Counted from the first letter of the stretch, positions 10,457-20,486 are shown. The stretch: DNA of 64,000 nt from Patescibacteria group bacterium (GCA_023380635.1 JAMCRP010000001.1:109305-173304), one strand, 5' to 3'. Notes: generated by a model not told the origin, from the letters alone. Program-made: numbers and translations.

Positions 10457-12789
10457 CTTTTACTAATCAACTTTCGTTCTGCCTCGTAGACAACCTGGCG
10501 TGTATGGTCAATGACATCCGGATTTACCGATACTGAGGTAATTCCCCATTCAACTAACTTCTCAGTTAGTTCCGGATAATCAGACGGGGCCTGGCCACAC
10601 ATCGAACAGGTGACATCATATTTTTTACAGGTTTTGATAATCTTTTCAAAAGAAAGATACATCGCCTCGTTGCGTTCGTCATACTCGGAAGCGACATTCT
10701 CGTTATCCCGGTCAACCCCGAGAGTCAGCATGGTTAAGTCATTTGAGCCAACAGAGATGCCGTCAATTCCGGCCTCCAGGAATTTGTCCAGCAAAATAAC
10801 ATTAGACGGGATTTCGCACATCATCCACAACCGAAAGCTGGGGCTGCGCCGCAAACCATTATCCGAAAGAATCTGTTTTACCTGCTCCAGCTCTTTAACT
10901 GTCCGGCAAAAAGGAATCATAAGCCACAGGTTACGAAATTCCAACTTTTCCCGGACATTTTTAATCGCTTCAATCTCCATTTTGAAGACTTCCGGCTGGA
11001 CAATATACCGATAAGCTCCCCGGAAACCAATCATTGGATTTTCTTCGTGTGGTTCGTAGGCTTCGCCCCCTTTAAGCGAACGATACTCATTTGTTTTGAA
11101 GTCAGTGGCGCGGTAAACAACGGGTCTTGGGTAAAAAGCTTGTACAAAAGTAGTAAGTTGTTCTGTTAATCCTTCAATGAACACATTTTGTTTTCGGTCA
11201 GCAATGGCCTTTTTCGGATGAATTCCAATCCCGGCTAACATGAACTCCGCGCGAAGCAGTCCCACCCCATCACAGTTCTTGGCAGCAATCTCTTTCGCCT
11301 TGTCCGGCTCAGCCAAATTCACATATACTTTAGTCGCCGTTTTCAGCTCCCTGTTTTCTGTTTTCACTTTGGTTACCTCGGTTACTTTGGTTACAATTTT
11401 AATTCCGCCCTTATATACTTTCCCTTCCGCTCCGTTTACCGTGACTACTTCGCCGGTTTTCAACAATCTGGTGGCGCTCTCTGTTCCCACAACACAAGGG
11501 ATTCCCAACTCCCGAGAAACAATAGCCGCGTGAGAAGTTCGGCCGCCTTTATCAGTCACAATCGCGCAGGCCTTCTTCATAGCCGGCACATAGTCCGGGT
11601 TGGTTTGCGTGGCGACCAAAACATCGCCGGGCATAATTTTGTCAATCTCTTTAGCACTTTTTAGAACTTTGGCAGGGCCGCTTTTAATTCCCGGGCTGGC
11701 GGGCGCGCCGGTTAAAAGTATTTCCATTTTTTCCAAGAATTTCTCTTCTTCTTTTGTATCCGAGGTCCTGTTTCCTGTTTCCTGTGTGGTAGTAATTGGC
11801 CTTGTTTGGACTAGATATATTTTTCCTCCGGCCACGGCAAACTCGCTATCCTGGGGGAAATAGTAGTGTTTTTCCAGATTTAACGAGAGCTTTGCCAGTT
11901 CCGTTACCTGCTCGTCGGATAGTTTCCGCTTATTCTTCAGTCGTCCGGGAACCTTTGTTTCTTTGGTTCGGCCGCCGCTTATCCGGGAAAGCTGAATGGT
12001 TTGGACCACCTGCTGCCGGTCGGTAATATACAGATCGTTCTTATTAACCTCATAGTGATCCGGAGTAACCTTTCCCTGAACCACATATTCGCCCAAACCC
12101 CAAATCGACTCAATTACCACCCGTTGACGGTTATTTGTTACCGGGTCAATAGAGAATACTATCCCGGAAACTTCGGAAGGAATTTGAGCCTGAACAACCA
12201 CGGCTATGGCCGCTGCCGCCTGGCTGATATGTTGCTGCTGTCGATAAAAAATTGACCGGCCGTCAAAAAGCGACGCCCAGCAGGCCCGAACGGCATCCAC
12301 CACATTGGCCTCGCCGACAATGTTCAGATAGGTTTCGTTCTGCCCGGCAAATGAAGCCGTCTTGGAATCTTCGGAAGTAGCACTACTGCGGATGGCTACC
12401 GCCAGATTCGCATCTTTAAGACCCCGAAGAAACTTCCCAAGACGGGAACCGTTACGCATTATTTTGCCCAAATGTAGATAGTTTTGAATGATCGCTTCAG
12501 AGATCGGCTGAGGCACGGGAGTAGTTTTGATCAGGTGTTTAATTTTGTTAGAAGCTTCGGCCAGTTCTACCGGGTTTGCCGTGTTCAGCCCGGAAAGAGT
12601 CTCTTTAATTTTCTGGTCCAGTTTGTTCTCCTTAAGAAATTCCAGGTAACACTCGGCTCCGACTATAAATCCCGGCGGTACCGGAAACCCGGCCGTAGTC
12701 ATTTCTCCCAGGTTAGCTCCTTTGCCGCCAACTTTCTCGGTATCTTCTTTGCCGATCTGTTCAAACCAGTAAATGCCTTTCGAGTTCAT
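10453..12789 (-). CDS. ppsA: Phosphoenolpyruvate synthase
   Basis: VGGKGANLGE, RSSATSED, GGRTSHAAIVSRE phospho-His, GSNDLT. Confidence 0.95.
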   Translation of the reverse strand: MNSKGIYWFEQIGKEDTEKVGGKGANLGEMTTAGFPVPPGFIVGAECYLEFLKENKLDQKIKETLSGLNTANPVELAEASNKIKHLIKTTPVPQPISEAIIQNYLHLGKIMRNGSRLGKFLRGLKDANLAVAIRSSATSEDSKTASFAGQNETYLNIVGEANVVDAVRACWASLFDGRSIFYRQQQHISQAAAAIAVVVQAQIPSEVSGIVFSIDPVTNNRQRVVIESIWGLGEYVVQGKVTPDHYEVNKNDLYITDRQQVVQTIQLSRISGGRTKETKVPGRLKNKRKLSDEQVTELAKLSLNLEKHYYFPQDSEFAVAGGKIYLVQTRPITTTQETGNRTSDTKEEEKFLEKMEILLTGAPASPGIKSGPAKVLKSAKEIDKIMPGDVLVATQTNPDYVPAMKKACAIVTDKGGRTSHAAIVSRELGIPCVVGTESATRLLKTGEVVTVNGAEGKVYKGGIKIVTKVTEVTKVKTENRELKTATKVYVNLAEPDKAKEIAAKNCDGVGLLRAEFMLAGIGIHPKKAIADRKQNVFIEGLTEQLTTFVQAFYPRPVVYRATDFKTNEYRSLKGGEAYEPHEENPMIGFRGAYRYIVQPEVFKMEIEAIKNVREKLEFRNLWLMIPFCRTVKELEQVKQILSDNGLRRSPSFRLWMMCEIPSNVILLDKFLEAGIDGISVGSNDLTMLTLGVDRDNENVASEYDERNEAMYLSFEKIIKTCKKYDVTCSMCGQAPSDYPELTEKLVEWGITSVSVNPDVIDHTRQVVYEAERKLISKR

Positions 12790-14089
12790 GAATAATATTG
12801 TCCGCCTGAGCCAAGCTCCGGGTCTCCAGATTTAATCTCAAATACGGCTCCGTCAGACTTGACCGTAAATTAAACTTAAAGTCCGGTCCGAAAACCGTCA
12901 GACCATCTTTAATAGAAATAGGATAATCCATTTTTCGATAAAATTCACTAAGCTTTTCTAAAATTTCCGGCGCTTTTGCCGGCGGGCAGGGAAAGTTTTT
13001 TTCCGGAAGCTCGAAATATTTTTTTGCTAAGGCAGCCAGTTTCTCCTCAAGAGGAGTACTTTCCCATAACGCTAAAAACTTTAGCGAGGCCAAAACGCCG
13101 TCGTCAATGCAGTGGAAAGACCGAAAAACAAAATGACCGGAAGTTTCGCCGCCAAAAATAACCTCCGGATCTTCCTGCATGCTGTACTTAATATTTTGCG
13201 ACCAGGCGGGAAGGACCTCCAGGGTTCCGCCGGCTTCCTCCACTAAATCCCGAACGACCAGCCCGGCCCTGACATCCACGGCAATTTTCCTGCCGGAAGT
13301 TGAGTTTCTGATTTCACCGGCCGCCAGAATTCCCAGAACAAAGGGTAAGGGAACTAGCTGACCCTGTCTATCGACAAAAACAACTCTATCCCCGTCGGAG
13401 TCCCAGATTATTCCCAAATCAGCCTTGTTTTCTCTTACCGCCTTAGCCAGATTAACCCGATTCTGGGGAAGCAAAGGGTTACCTGATGAGAGGGATTTGA
13501 CCAGAGTAAAATTAATTCCCAGCCGGGAGAAAAGGTCATTTACCGGCACCGCCACCGCACTTTCAGTCACATCCAAAACGACTTTAGTCCGAAAGCGGTC
13601 TCTGGGCAGTAGGTTCGTGATGGCAGTAATATAGTCCTCGGTCTTATTAAGTCTGGTAGCCTCAACCTTGGGAACCAGAATAGGGTTATTTTCTAACTGC
13701 CCAACAAGACTCTTCACTTTCAAAATTTCTTCCTGATCAAAAGGCAAACTGTTCGAATCAACCAACTTAAAACCATTTTCGTCGGCACTGATATGGGAAG
13801 CCGTGATCATTACCCCGAGATCAAAGTCACCAGTGGCCACGGAAAAATAGAACTCGGGAACCGGCACTTCGAACAGATCAAAAACCGCGACTTTTCCGGC
13901 CGAGAAGCCGTCGATGAGAAATTTTTTGAGACCCGGTGAGCTTTCCCGGGTGTCGGATCCCAAAAGTACTTTTTTAGGCTTCCTGAGGGCGGTTAATGCC
14001 TTGCCGAGAAGAAAAGCCAGTCTTTCGTCAACCTCACCGGGGTATTTGCCCCGAATATCAAACATCCTAAAGGCAGCTTCGATGTCCAC
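12761..14089 (-). CDS. Phosphomannomutase/phosphoglucomutase
   Basis: FDIRG, ITASH phosphoserine, DSDGDR, GGETSGH. Confidence 0.9.
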   Translation of the reverse strand: MDIEAAFRMFDIRGKYPGEVDERLAFLLGKALTALRKPKKVLLGSDTRESSPGLKKFLIDGFSAGKVAVFDLFEVPVPEFYFSVATGDFDLGVMITASHISADENGFKLVDSNSLPFDQEEILKVKSLVGQLENNPILVPKVEATRLNKTEDYITAITNLLPRDRFRTKVVLDVTESAVAVPVNDLFSRLGINFTLVKSLSSGNPLLPQNRVNLAKAVRENKADLGIIWDSDGDRVVFVDRQGQLVPLPFVLGILAAGEIRNSTSGRKIAVDVRAGLVVRDLVEEAGGTLEVLPAWSQNIKYSMQEDPEVIFGGETSGHFVFRSFHCIDDGVLASLKFLALWESTPLEEKLAALAKKYFELPEKNFPCPPAKAPEILEKLSEFYRKMDYPISIKDGLTVFGPDFKFNLRSSLTEPYLRLNLETRSLAQADNIIHELERHLLV

Positions 14090-14098
14090 TCTACTATG

Positions 14099-14611
14099 TT
14101 AGAGACCCAGCAAAAATAGTTCAATAGCAAGGGACAAATCTCCGGGCAACTGGCCGGTTTTGAACAGATAGTCAATCTCCAGCAACTTCTTTAAAGCCGG
14201 GCCGTTTTGAGAGAGGCGGTATTTTCGCACCAGCATTAAAAAAATGAATTGGGCGTCATTATCTCTAAGCGCTTCTCTAAATCCCGGAACTGTCGGATAA
14301 TCCAGAAACTTCCAGATTGTCTGGGAAATCCGGAATTCCAAAGCTTTAGCCGTTTTCGGCGGGGTAATCTTTTTGCCTGACCAAACTATGACTTCCGCCT
14401 GTGGATTCCCCAAATCAAACTTGGGCAAACCTTCAATAATAATCAGCCGGTCATTGGCAAACATCGGACCGGATTGTGTCGCCTGAATGTAGTCCGTTTC
14501 GCTGACAGTGGCTCCGTCTAATGAAACGATTTCACCGGAGAACTCATTTTTTATTTTCTCCAGCTCTTTGCGACTAGCGGCCGAATTTTCGCCATGTAGA
14601 ATAGTGATCAT
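14099..14611 (-). CDS. holA: Truncated DNA polymerase III delta-like protein
   Basis: ITILHGEN start, MFANDRLIIIE, C-terminal LLEIDYLFKTG resemble HolA; about half normal length. Confidence 0.6.
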   Translation of the reverse strand: MITILHGENSAASRKELEKIKNEFSGEIVSLDGATVSETDYIQATQSGPMFANDRLIIIEGLPKFDLGNPQAEVIVWSGKKITPPKTAKALEFRISQTIWKFLDYPTVPGFREALRDNDAQFIFLMLVRKYRLSQNGPALKKLLEIDYLFKTGQLPGDLSLAIELFLLGL

Positions 14612-14942
14612 TTACTTTTTTATTAAATCCCCTTTTGTGCGGCACCAAAGCGCCGCTGAAAGTTTTGGGGATATGCATTAACTCATGAATAAGCGTTTTA
14701 TCCTTATCCTCCTCCGACATTTTATCAAACCGTTCGGCTATCACTTCGATTATATACTGGGGTTTAATTCCCAAAACCATTTGCCAGGGGCGGGGCAGGC
14801 TCCAAATGCGGGCAATGGCTCTTGATGACGAGCCGTGGCCACGCATAGCTGTTATTTTGGACCCGTCAACATGGCCAAAAATTTGGCTATCCAGGATCCG
14901 ATCAAGGCGTCGTTTAACATCTGGGGCAAGTTGCCAGTCCAT
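14574..14942 (-). CDS. Small putative metallopeptidase
   Basis: LIHELMH zinc motif, AIARIWSLP. Confidence 0.75.
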   Translation of the reverse strand: MDWQLAPDVKRRLDRILDSQIFGHVDGSKITAMRGHGSSSRAIARIWSLPRPWQMVLGIKPQYIIEVIAERFDKMSEEDKDKTLIHELMHIPKTFSGALVPHKRGFNKKVNDHYSTWRKFGR

Positions 14943-15991
14943 TGCGGGTATATCTTACCAGACCCGGGGTTTACCTGATATCCCTGGCTAATTTGGCTAA
15001 TCTTTGCCGCCAGCTGCGGGTTTCCCGCCGCCTTGGATATCGCCATGTATTCTTTAGCGAACGGTTTTAAGCCGTTTGTCCCGGTGAAACTAAAATCAGC
15101 AAAGGGTTGGGTTTGGGCGTCCAAAAGAAACGGGGTTACGGCCACGATATCATCGTCGGTCCAGATATCGTCAAAAGCCGCCTTCAGCCAGCCGCCGTTC
15201 TTCCAGCCGGCTTCCGTGATAAAAATCTTCAGGTTACAGGCTTCAAAATTATGGCAGAGATAATCACGTTCAAAACGGTACGAAGCTACATTGACCGGGC
15301 TATAAACATTGGGATAGGTCGAGAAGCCGGGATTGCCGTAGGCGTGGGAAGAAAAGCCGTCTATCCGGGAAAAAATTCCCGGCCAGGCGGCCTGCATTTC
15401 TGAAAAATACTCATATTCATTCATAGAATTGCTTCCGTTAGGAGCTGACGCGTCCATCCCCGCGGAAATCACAAAGAAATCCGGGTTGCGTTTGTGAAAG
15501 ATATCAACAGCCCGATCCAACACCCGCGCATATTCTTGCGGATAAACAAAACCGCCCCATTCACCCTCGTGGTTAGGCTCGTTGTAAATTACCACATAGC
15601 GGTTCCTGGTCGGCCAGGGCAACTGGTCAAGAAAGTTGGCGAAATCCACTAAATCATATTCGTTCGGCGCCATCCAGTGATCATCGACCGGAAAACTGGC
15701 AATACGCAAGATTGGGATAATTTTGAGTTGCTTGGCGTTTTGCATGAATTTTGTCCACTTCTCCAAATCACGGTCATTGGCCCGGATGGGAATCGTCACA
15801 TAACCCCACTGTCCGCCGGAAGTGTTCACCAAATCCGCCGCTTTAAAGATTTCCTGGGGATCCAGGATGTGAATACCGAACTTATTATTGGGAACGGATA
15901 GGGGGTCGTAAACTGCCCTGACAGGGGAAACAAAAATCAATCCGCAAAATATTAAAGCGAGGCAAATTGCAGCTTTTTTGCGCACTAGCAA
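14852..15991 (-). CDS. Secreted clan GH-A glycoside hydrolase
   Basis: Signal peptide, YNEPN acid/base, SSHAY, ITEAGW nucleophile. Start may be GTG at 15985. Confidence 0.75.
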   Translation of the reverse strand: MLVRKKAAICLALIFCGLIFVSPVRAVYDPLSVPNNKFGIHILDPQEIFKAADLVNTSGGQWGYVTIPIRANDRDLEKWTKFMQNAKQLKIIPILRIASFPVDDHWMAPNEYDLVDFANFLDQLPWPTRNRYVVIYNEPNHEGEWGGFVYPQEYARVLDRAVDIFHKRNPDFFVISAGMDASAPNGSNSMNEYEYFSEMQAAWPGIFSRIDGFSSHAYGNPGFSTYPNVYSPVNVASYRFERDYLCHNFEACNLKIFITEAGWKNGGWLKAAFDDIWTDDDIVAVTPFLLDAQTQPFADFSFTGTNGLKPFAKEYMAISKAAGNPQLAAKISQISQGYQVNPGSGKIYPQWTGNLPQMLNDALIGSWIAKFLAMLTGPK

Positions 15992-16046
15992 ATTATATCA
16001 TCAACTCTCTACTTGACGGTCAAAATTATCATCATATAATCACCTT

Positions 16047-16382
16047 GTGTCTGAACAAATATCAGATTGGACTGAGTTACTTCTTAAGTCTAGACCTAAT
16101 AGCTTGGCCGAGAAGGCCAAAGCCCCCGTACTGATCGTTAAACAAAACCGTCCCGAGGTCACCGCAAAAGCAGTAACTGGTGTGGTGACGGAAATGGATG
16201 ATCCCCGTCATCCCGGAGGGAGAATTACCGTTACCAGCCTCCGATTCATAAACGGAACCGTACCCTTCAGCCTGCTTAATGTCCCCGTCGAAGATCTTCG
16301 TGAAGGCCAAATTAATCTTGGTTGGTTTGTGTCGGGAACGGCGAAATTCGTGGGCCTCGCCGGTAGTGAAGATAACCCCTAA
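16047..16382 (+). CDS. Hypothetical protein
   Basis: Fills the gap; preceded by TTGACG-16-TATAAT-6-GTG. Confidence 0.6.
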   Translation: MSEQISDWTELLLKSRPNSLAEKAKAPVLIVKQNRPEVTAKAVTGVVTEMDDPRHPGGRITVTSLRFINGTVPFSLLNVPVEDLREGQINLGWFVSGTAKFVGLAGSEDNP

Positions 16383-18175
16383 GTCAGTCCCCTCGCCGCT
16401 CTTTTGGCCTCTGCTTCATCGAGAACAACTTTACGGATGCGAATATTAAGCGGTGTGGCTTCAACCAGTTCGGTATCGTCAATATAATCTAAAGCATTTT
16501 CCAAAGCCATCTCCCTGGGTTTGTCAAAATGAGCGGAAACCCCTTCGCCTTTGGAGCGGTGATTGGTCAACTGTTTTTCTTTGCAGACATTCACCCGCAA
16601 GTCGCCGGTTCGGGCATTTTGGCCCACCACCTGACCCTTGTACACTTCTGCTCCTGGCCCGACAAACAACTGCCCCCGGTCTTGAATATTAATTAATCCA
16701 TAGAGTAAGGTCTTTCCGGTTTCGTGAGCCACCAGCGATCCCTGATCGCGCTCCTTCCAGTTTTCAAAATCTTTATCATACTTTTCAAAGGAAGTGTTAA
16801 TAATCCCCAGGCCCCGGGTATCGGTGATGAATTTACTCCGGTAGCCCAAAAGTCCGCGTGTTGGTATCAGAAATTCCAAAAAAACCGTCCCATTTTCCGT
16901 TCTCATGTCCCGCAGATTTCCGTGCCGCTCTCCCATTTCCTGCATAATGATCCCCGAAAACTGCTCGGGGGCTTCGATATAAACCATCTCATAAGGAACA
17001 AGGCCATCTTTCTCAACAACTTTCGGCTGGGAAACTTCCAGTTCATAGCCTTCCCTTCGCAGGCGTTCAACGAGTATCGCCAGGTGAAGTTCACCGCGCC
17101 CGGAAACTTCCCAGGTGCCATCGGGATTATTCTTGACCCGTAGCGCCATATCCGTTTCCAGTTCCCGCATTAATCTCTCTCTAATTTGCCGGCCCGTCGA
17201 AAACTTTCCTTCTTTGCCGGCAAACGGCGAGGTGTTAACCCCAAAAGTCATTTTTACCGTGGGTTGTTCGATGTCCAGAAGAGGTAGTGCAGTCGGATTA
17301 TTCGGATCGGTGATGGTTTCCCCGATATTAATGTCTGGTATTCCGGCAATGGCCGCAATGTCACCCGCTTCCGCTTCGGCAATATCTTTTTTCTCCAACC
17401 CTTCAAAACCAATTAAAGCCGTTAAACGATACTTTTTTGTTTCGCCTGCCCGGTTAATCAAAGCCACTTCCTGATTAGCTTTAATCCGACCATTATAGAT
17501 CCGCCCGGTGGCAATTCTCCCTTTGAAATTATCACCCTTAATGGTCGTCACCAGCATTTGTAAAGGTTTTTCAGGATCTCCCGAAGGTGCCGGGACAAAC
17601 TCCCTAATAGCCTCAAAAACCGGGGTAATATCCTTCATTTTCGAAACATCGGGGTCAATTCCCGCCTTGCCGTCTTTGCCGATAGCATAAACCACCGGGA
17701 AAAAAGCGGCTTCTTCTGAAGCCCCCAGTTCGACGAACAAATCGAAAGTCTTGCCCACGACCCACTCGGGTCTGGCGTCAGGTTTGTCAACTTTATTCAC
17801 GACCACGATAATTTTTAATCCCAAAGCCAGGGCTTTTTTTAAAACAAATCGGGTTTGTGGCATGGGTCCTTCTTTGGCATCTACGAGCAGAAGTGCTCCG
17901 TCAGCCATTTTCAGCACCCGTTCCACTTCCCCACCGAAGTCGGCGTGGCCGGGAGTATCGATAATATTTATTTTGGTATCGCCCCACATAACCGACGCAT
18001 TCTTGGAGAAAATGGTAATCCCGCGTTCTCTTTCGAGCTCATTAGAGTCCAAAATGGCGCTTTGGGCCGCCTGTTCTTTGTTTAAATGGGTGTTCGATTG
18101 CCGCAGCAAAGCATCCACGAGCGTGGTTTTGCCGTGGTCAACATGAGCAATAATTGCGACATTTCTTATATTCAT
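16379..18175 (-). CDS. typA: Translational GTPase TypA/BipA
   Basis: AHVDHGKTT, ERERGITI, DTPGHADF, GRGELHL. Confidence 0.97.
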   Translation of the reverse strand: MNIRNVAIIAHVDHGKTTLVDALLRQSNTHLNKEQAAQSAILDSNELERERGITIFSKNASVMWGDTKINIIDTPGHADFGGEVERVLKMADGALLLVDAKEGPMPQTRFVLKKALALGLKIIVVVNKVDKPDARPEWVVGKTFDLFVELGASEEAAFFPVVYAIGKDGKAGIDPDVSKMKDITPVFEAIREFVPAPSGDPEKPLQMLVTTIKGDNFKGRIATGRIYNGRIKANQEVALINRAGETKKYRLTALIGFEGLEKKDIAEAEAGDIAAIAGIPDINIGETITDPNNPTALPLLDIEQPTVKMTFGVNTSPFAGKEGKFSTGRQIRERLMRELETDMALRVKNNPDGTWEVSGRGELHLAILVERLRREGYELEVSQPKVVEKDGLVPYEMVYIEAPEQFSGIIMQEMGERHGNLRDMRTENGTVFLEFLIPTRGLLGYRSKFITDTRGLGIINTSFEKYDKDFENWKERDQGSLVAHETGKTLLYGLINIQDRGQLFVGPGAEVYKGQVVGQNARTGDLRVNVCKEKQLTNHRSKGEGVSAHFDKPREMALENALDYIDDTELVEATPLNIRIRKVVLDEAEAKRAARGLT

Positions 18176-18185
18176 AGTTATTCAT

Positions 18186-18222
18186 TAAAAAAGCCCTCCT
18201 TCGGGCAAAATAACGGAAGGGC
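18186..18222 (-). terminator. Probable intrinsic terminator after tRNA-Glu
   Basis: Minus strand GCCC-GAAGGA-GGGC followed by TTTTTT. Confidence 0.55.
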
Positions 18223-18226
18223 CAAG

Positions 18227-18302
18227 TAGCGCGTGCGGGATTCGAACCCGCGATTCCAAGAGTGAAAATCTTGTGTCCTAGACCAGGCTAGACGAACGCG
18301 CC
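18227..18302 (-). tRNA. tRNA-Glu(UUC)
   Basis: Cloverleaf; anticodon arm CAAGA-TTTTCAC-TCTTG; T-loop TTCGAAT. Confidence 0.95.
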
Positions 18303-18323
18303 CCGATCGCTTATTATTTTATC

Positions 18324-18824
18324 ATGTTTTGGGTTGCTGTCATACTCCTCATCATGATTCTGCCTTTTGCCCTTGCGGGGTGGTTGTTTGCCCCTTGGAT
18401 TCCGATCAAAAATAGTGAATTGGAAAGATTAGGTAAAGTTCTTAAGCTTAAACCAACAGATACTTTTTATGAACTAGGCTGTGGTGACGGCCGGGTAGTG
18501 CGCTTTGTGGCCAAAAAGTTCGGCTGCAAAAGCGTTGGCATTGAGCTTAATCCTTTTTTGTACGCTACCAGCCGCCTGCTCCAAGCTTCACGCCGCGAGC
18601 GTTATGTTCTTGGCGATCTTTTTGCCCAGGACCTTTCCCCAGCCAGTTGCGTCTATTTATACGGCCTGCCCCGAACCATAAATAAAAGGGTTCAAGCTAA
18701 GTTAGAAACGGAGCTGCCCGTGGGTGCGACCGTAATCTCGTACGGTTTTCTCTTCCAAAAATGGCAGCCTGTCAAAATCGATAAAGCCACCGGCAAACTG
18801 CCGATTTTTGTCTATCAGCGATAG
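18324..18824 (+). CDS. Membrane-anchored class I SAM methyltransferase
   Basis: N-terminal TM, APWIP, YELGCGDGR, GIELNP. Confidence 0.85.
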   Translation: MFWVAVILLIMILPFALAGWLFAPWIPIKNSELERLGKVLKLKPTDTFYELGCGDGRVVRFVAKKFGCKSVGIELNPFLYATSRLLQASRRERYVLGDLFAQDLSPASCVYLYGLPRTINKRVQAKLETELPVGATVISYGFLFQKWQPVKIDKATGKLPIFVYQR

Positions 18825-18863
18825 CTTGCCTCAAAGCCTCAAAAAAGCTAAAATATAACCGTT

Positions 18864-18935
18864 GGGGCGATAGCTCAGCGGTAGAGCAGGAGCCTTTTAA
18901 GCTCTTGGTCCAGGGTTCGAATCCCTGTCGCCTCA
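18864..18935 (+). tRNA. tRNA-Lys(UUU)
   Basis: Cloverleaf; GGAGC-CTTTTAA-GCTCT; TTCGAAT. Confidence 0.95.
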
Positions 18936-19054
18936 CACTACCCCTTCTAAAAACTGCAAACGCTTGCGTTGTTAAAGATGCCGATTTAATATAAACTGGT
19001 TTGATCTATATAAACATCTTGCAAACGACCGATAACATGAACTATATTATTTAC

Positions 19055-19114
19055 ATGACAAAACTCACTGTTTGTCAGTGTGTCAGGAACCAACCGTAAC
19101 TGGTTGGTTTTTTT
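19055..19114 (+). promoter_or_regulatory. Candidate leader peptide (19055-19099, MTKLTVCQCVRNQP) plus terminator (19088-19114)
   Basis: TATATT-6-ATG; the stop codon lies in the loop of AACCAACC-GTAACT-GGTTGGTT-TTTTT. Confidence 0.5.
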
Positions 19115-19152
19115 GTTTAAAATTTATAAAAAGAGAGGGGGTGAAAAAATAA

Positions 19153-19749
19153 ATGAAAAAAATCTTAATTGGTGTAGCATCTGCGGCCATCGGATTAGCA
19201 ATGTTTGCAGTTCCAGCTTTTGCTGCCCCATCAGTGCATACGAACTTTGGTCAAACGGTAAATGCGAGCAGTTGTAATACTTCAAGTGCTCCAGTAGTTA
19301 ACGTTACATATAAAGTCACGAATAATGCTGATTCAGGAGTAGTACCACCAGTTTGGGCTACGGATAATTACACTAAGAGACTTCAAATATGGCAACAGGC
19401 TAATGGAACATTTTGTGCTATTGCAAAATACCAAGGCCAATTTGTAACTAATGGTGCTGGAAGTCCAGAGACAGGAGAAACTCTAGCCGCTGGAGTTCAA
19501 GGTGCATTTGAAGGGGGTTATACAGCTTTCTTTGATGGCACTCTCAATTCAAGTCCTAGCTATCCAACACATGGAAATATCGGCACTTTTGATTTCAGCT
19601 CGGGACCATCGTTTGATTGGATAGGAACTTACTTTACTGGTTATACTGATTTCAAGCTACCGTACTGGGCATGGAACTACCATGCTGGTAATAATGGGAG
19701 TTGGGTAAATGCGTCAACAGGGAATCATGGAGATATAACTGGAAATTGA
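19153..19749 (+). CDS. Secreted hypothetical protein
   Basis: Signal peptide ending AFA, strong SD (GGGGGTGA), G/S/T/N-rich, AT-rich codon usage. Confidence 0.85.
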   Translation: MKKILIGVASAAIGLAMFAVPAFAAPSVHTNFGQTVNASSCNTSSAPVVNVTYKVTNNADSGVVPPVWATDNYTKRLQIWQQANGTFCAIAKYQGQFVTNGAGSPETGETLAAGVQGAFEGGYTAFFDGTLNSSPSYPTHGNIGTFDFSSGPSFDWIGTYFTGYTDFKLPYWAWNYHAGNNGSWVNASTGNHGDITGN

Positions 19750-19768
19750 GTTACCTACTTAATCCTAA

Positions 19769-19802
19769 GCAGCCCATCGGGTTCGAAACCGGTGGGTTGT
19801 TT
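19769..19802 (+). terminator. Hairpin terminator
   Basis: GCAGCCCATCGG-GTTCGAAA-CCGGTGGGTTGT between convergent genes. Confidence 0.65.
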
Positions 19803-19862
19803 GGTTATGATGACAATCGTATTAAACTCTTCCAAAAGGGGATCAAACACGGGACGGCCGCT

Positions 19863-20486
19863 TCACCGAGCCCTGAAGTCAAATCTCATTCTTGTGCCTT
19901 TGTTAACATCCACATTCAAATATTCCATCGGCAGGGGGAGATTAGCTGTTAACCGGTCGGTAACATCGATTCCTTTGCCTCGCGGCCTGGCTAAAATCAA
20001 TTTTACCCGCGAGGTTTCAGGAATAAGCACTTGGGCCGGCACGGGAACAAATTCCTCGTCTTCATAGCCTAAGATGTGTCTGAGCCTCGTTGACAGAGAA
20101 CCCGGTTCTTTTCTCAGTCGCCTAAGTAAGTTTGCCAATCCCCGGTTTTTGTATTCGACATCATTCCCGTTAACTTTTCTTCCGTTTTTCGATTCCAAGA
20201 AAGCTTCTAGTTGAAGCCGCTCGCCTGGTTGGCGACTAAAAAGAAAGCCGTCAGGCTTTGCAATCTTTTTTTGATCTTTAATTAGACGATTCGCAAAGAC
20301 AGGTCCCAGCACAATGGCTCCGGGTTTTACAGCTGCCAGCGCTAAAGAAGCTTCTAGCTCAAATTCCTGGTCTTCATCCATGGGTCGATCAAGATCAGCC
20401 AAAAGCGTATCAATTTCGGGGAAGAGGTATCTCTTTAAGAATCCGCCTTTTTCCAGCTCGATCGTTTCCACACAACAATTATTCAC
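19863..20486 (-). CDS. Hypothetical protein
   Basis: 207-aa ORF filling the gap; no motif recognised. Confidence 0.6.
   Translation of the reverse strand: MNNCCVETIELEKGGFLKRYLFPEIDTLLADLDRPMDEDQEFELEASLALAAVKPGAIVLGPVFANRLIKDQKKIAKPDGFLFSRQPGERLQLEAFLESKNGRKVNGNDVEYKNRGLANLLRRLRKEPGSLSTRLRHILGYEDEEFVPVPAQVLIPETSRVKLILARPRGKGIDVTDRLTANLPLPMEYLNVDVNKGTRMRFDFRAR

Noticed and set aside
18950-19050. Two GCAAAC motifs suggesting a c-di-GMP-I riboswitch
   Set aside because: The GAAA-capped stem and second stem could not be found.
19769-19802. GGGTTCGAA as a possible tRNA 3' duplication (att site)
   Set aside because: Flanks do not match tRNA-Lys; it is the loop of a terminator hairpin.
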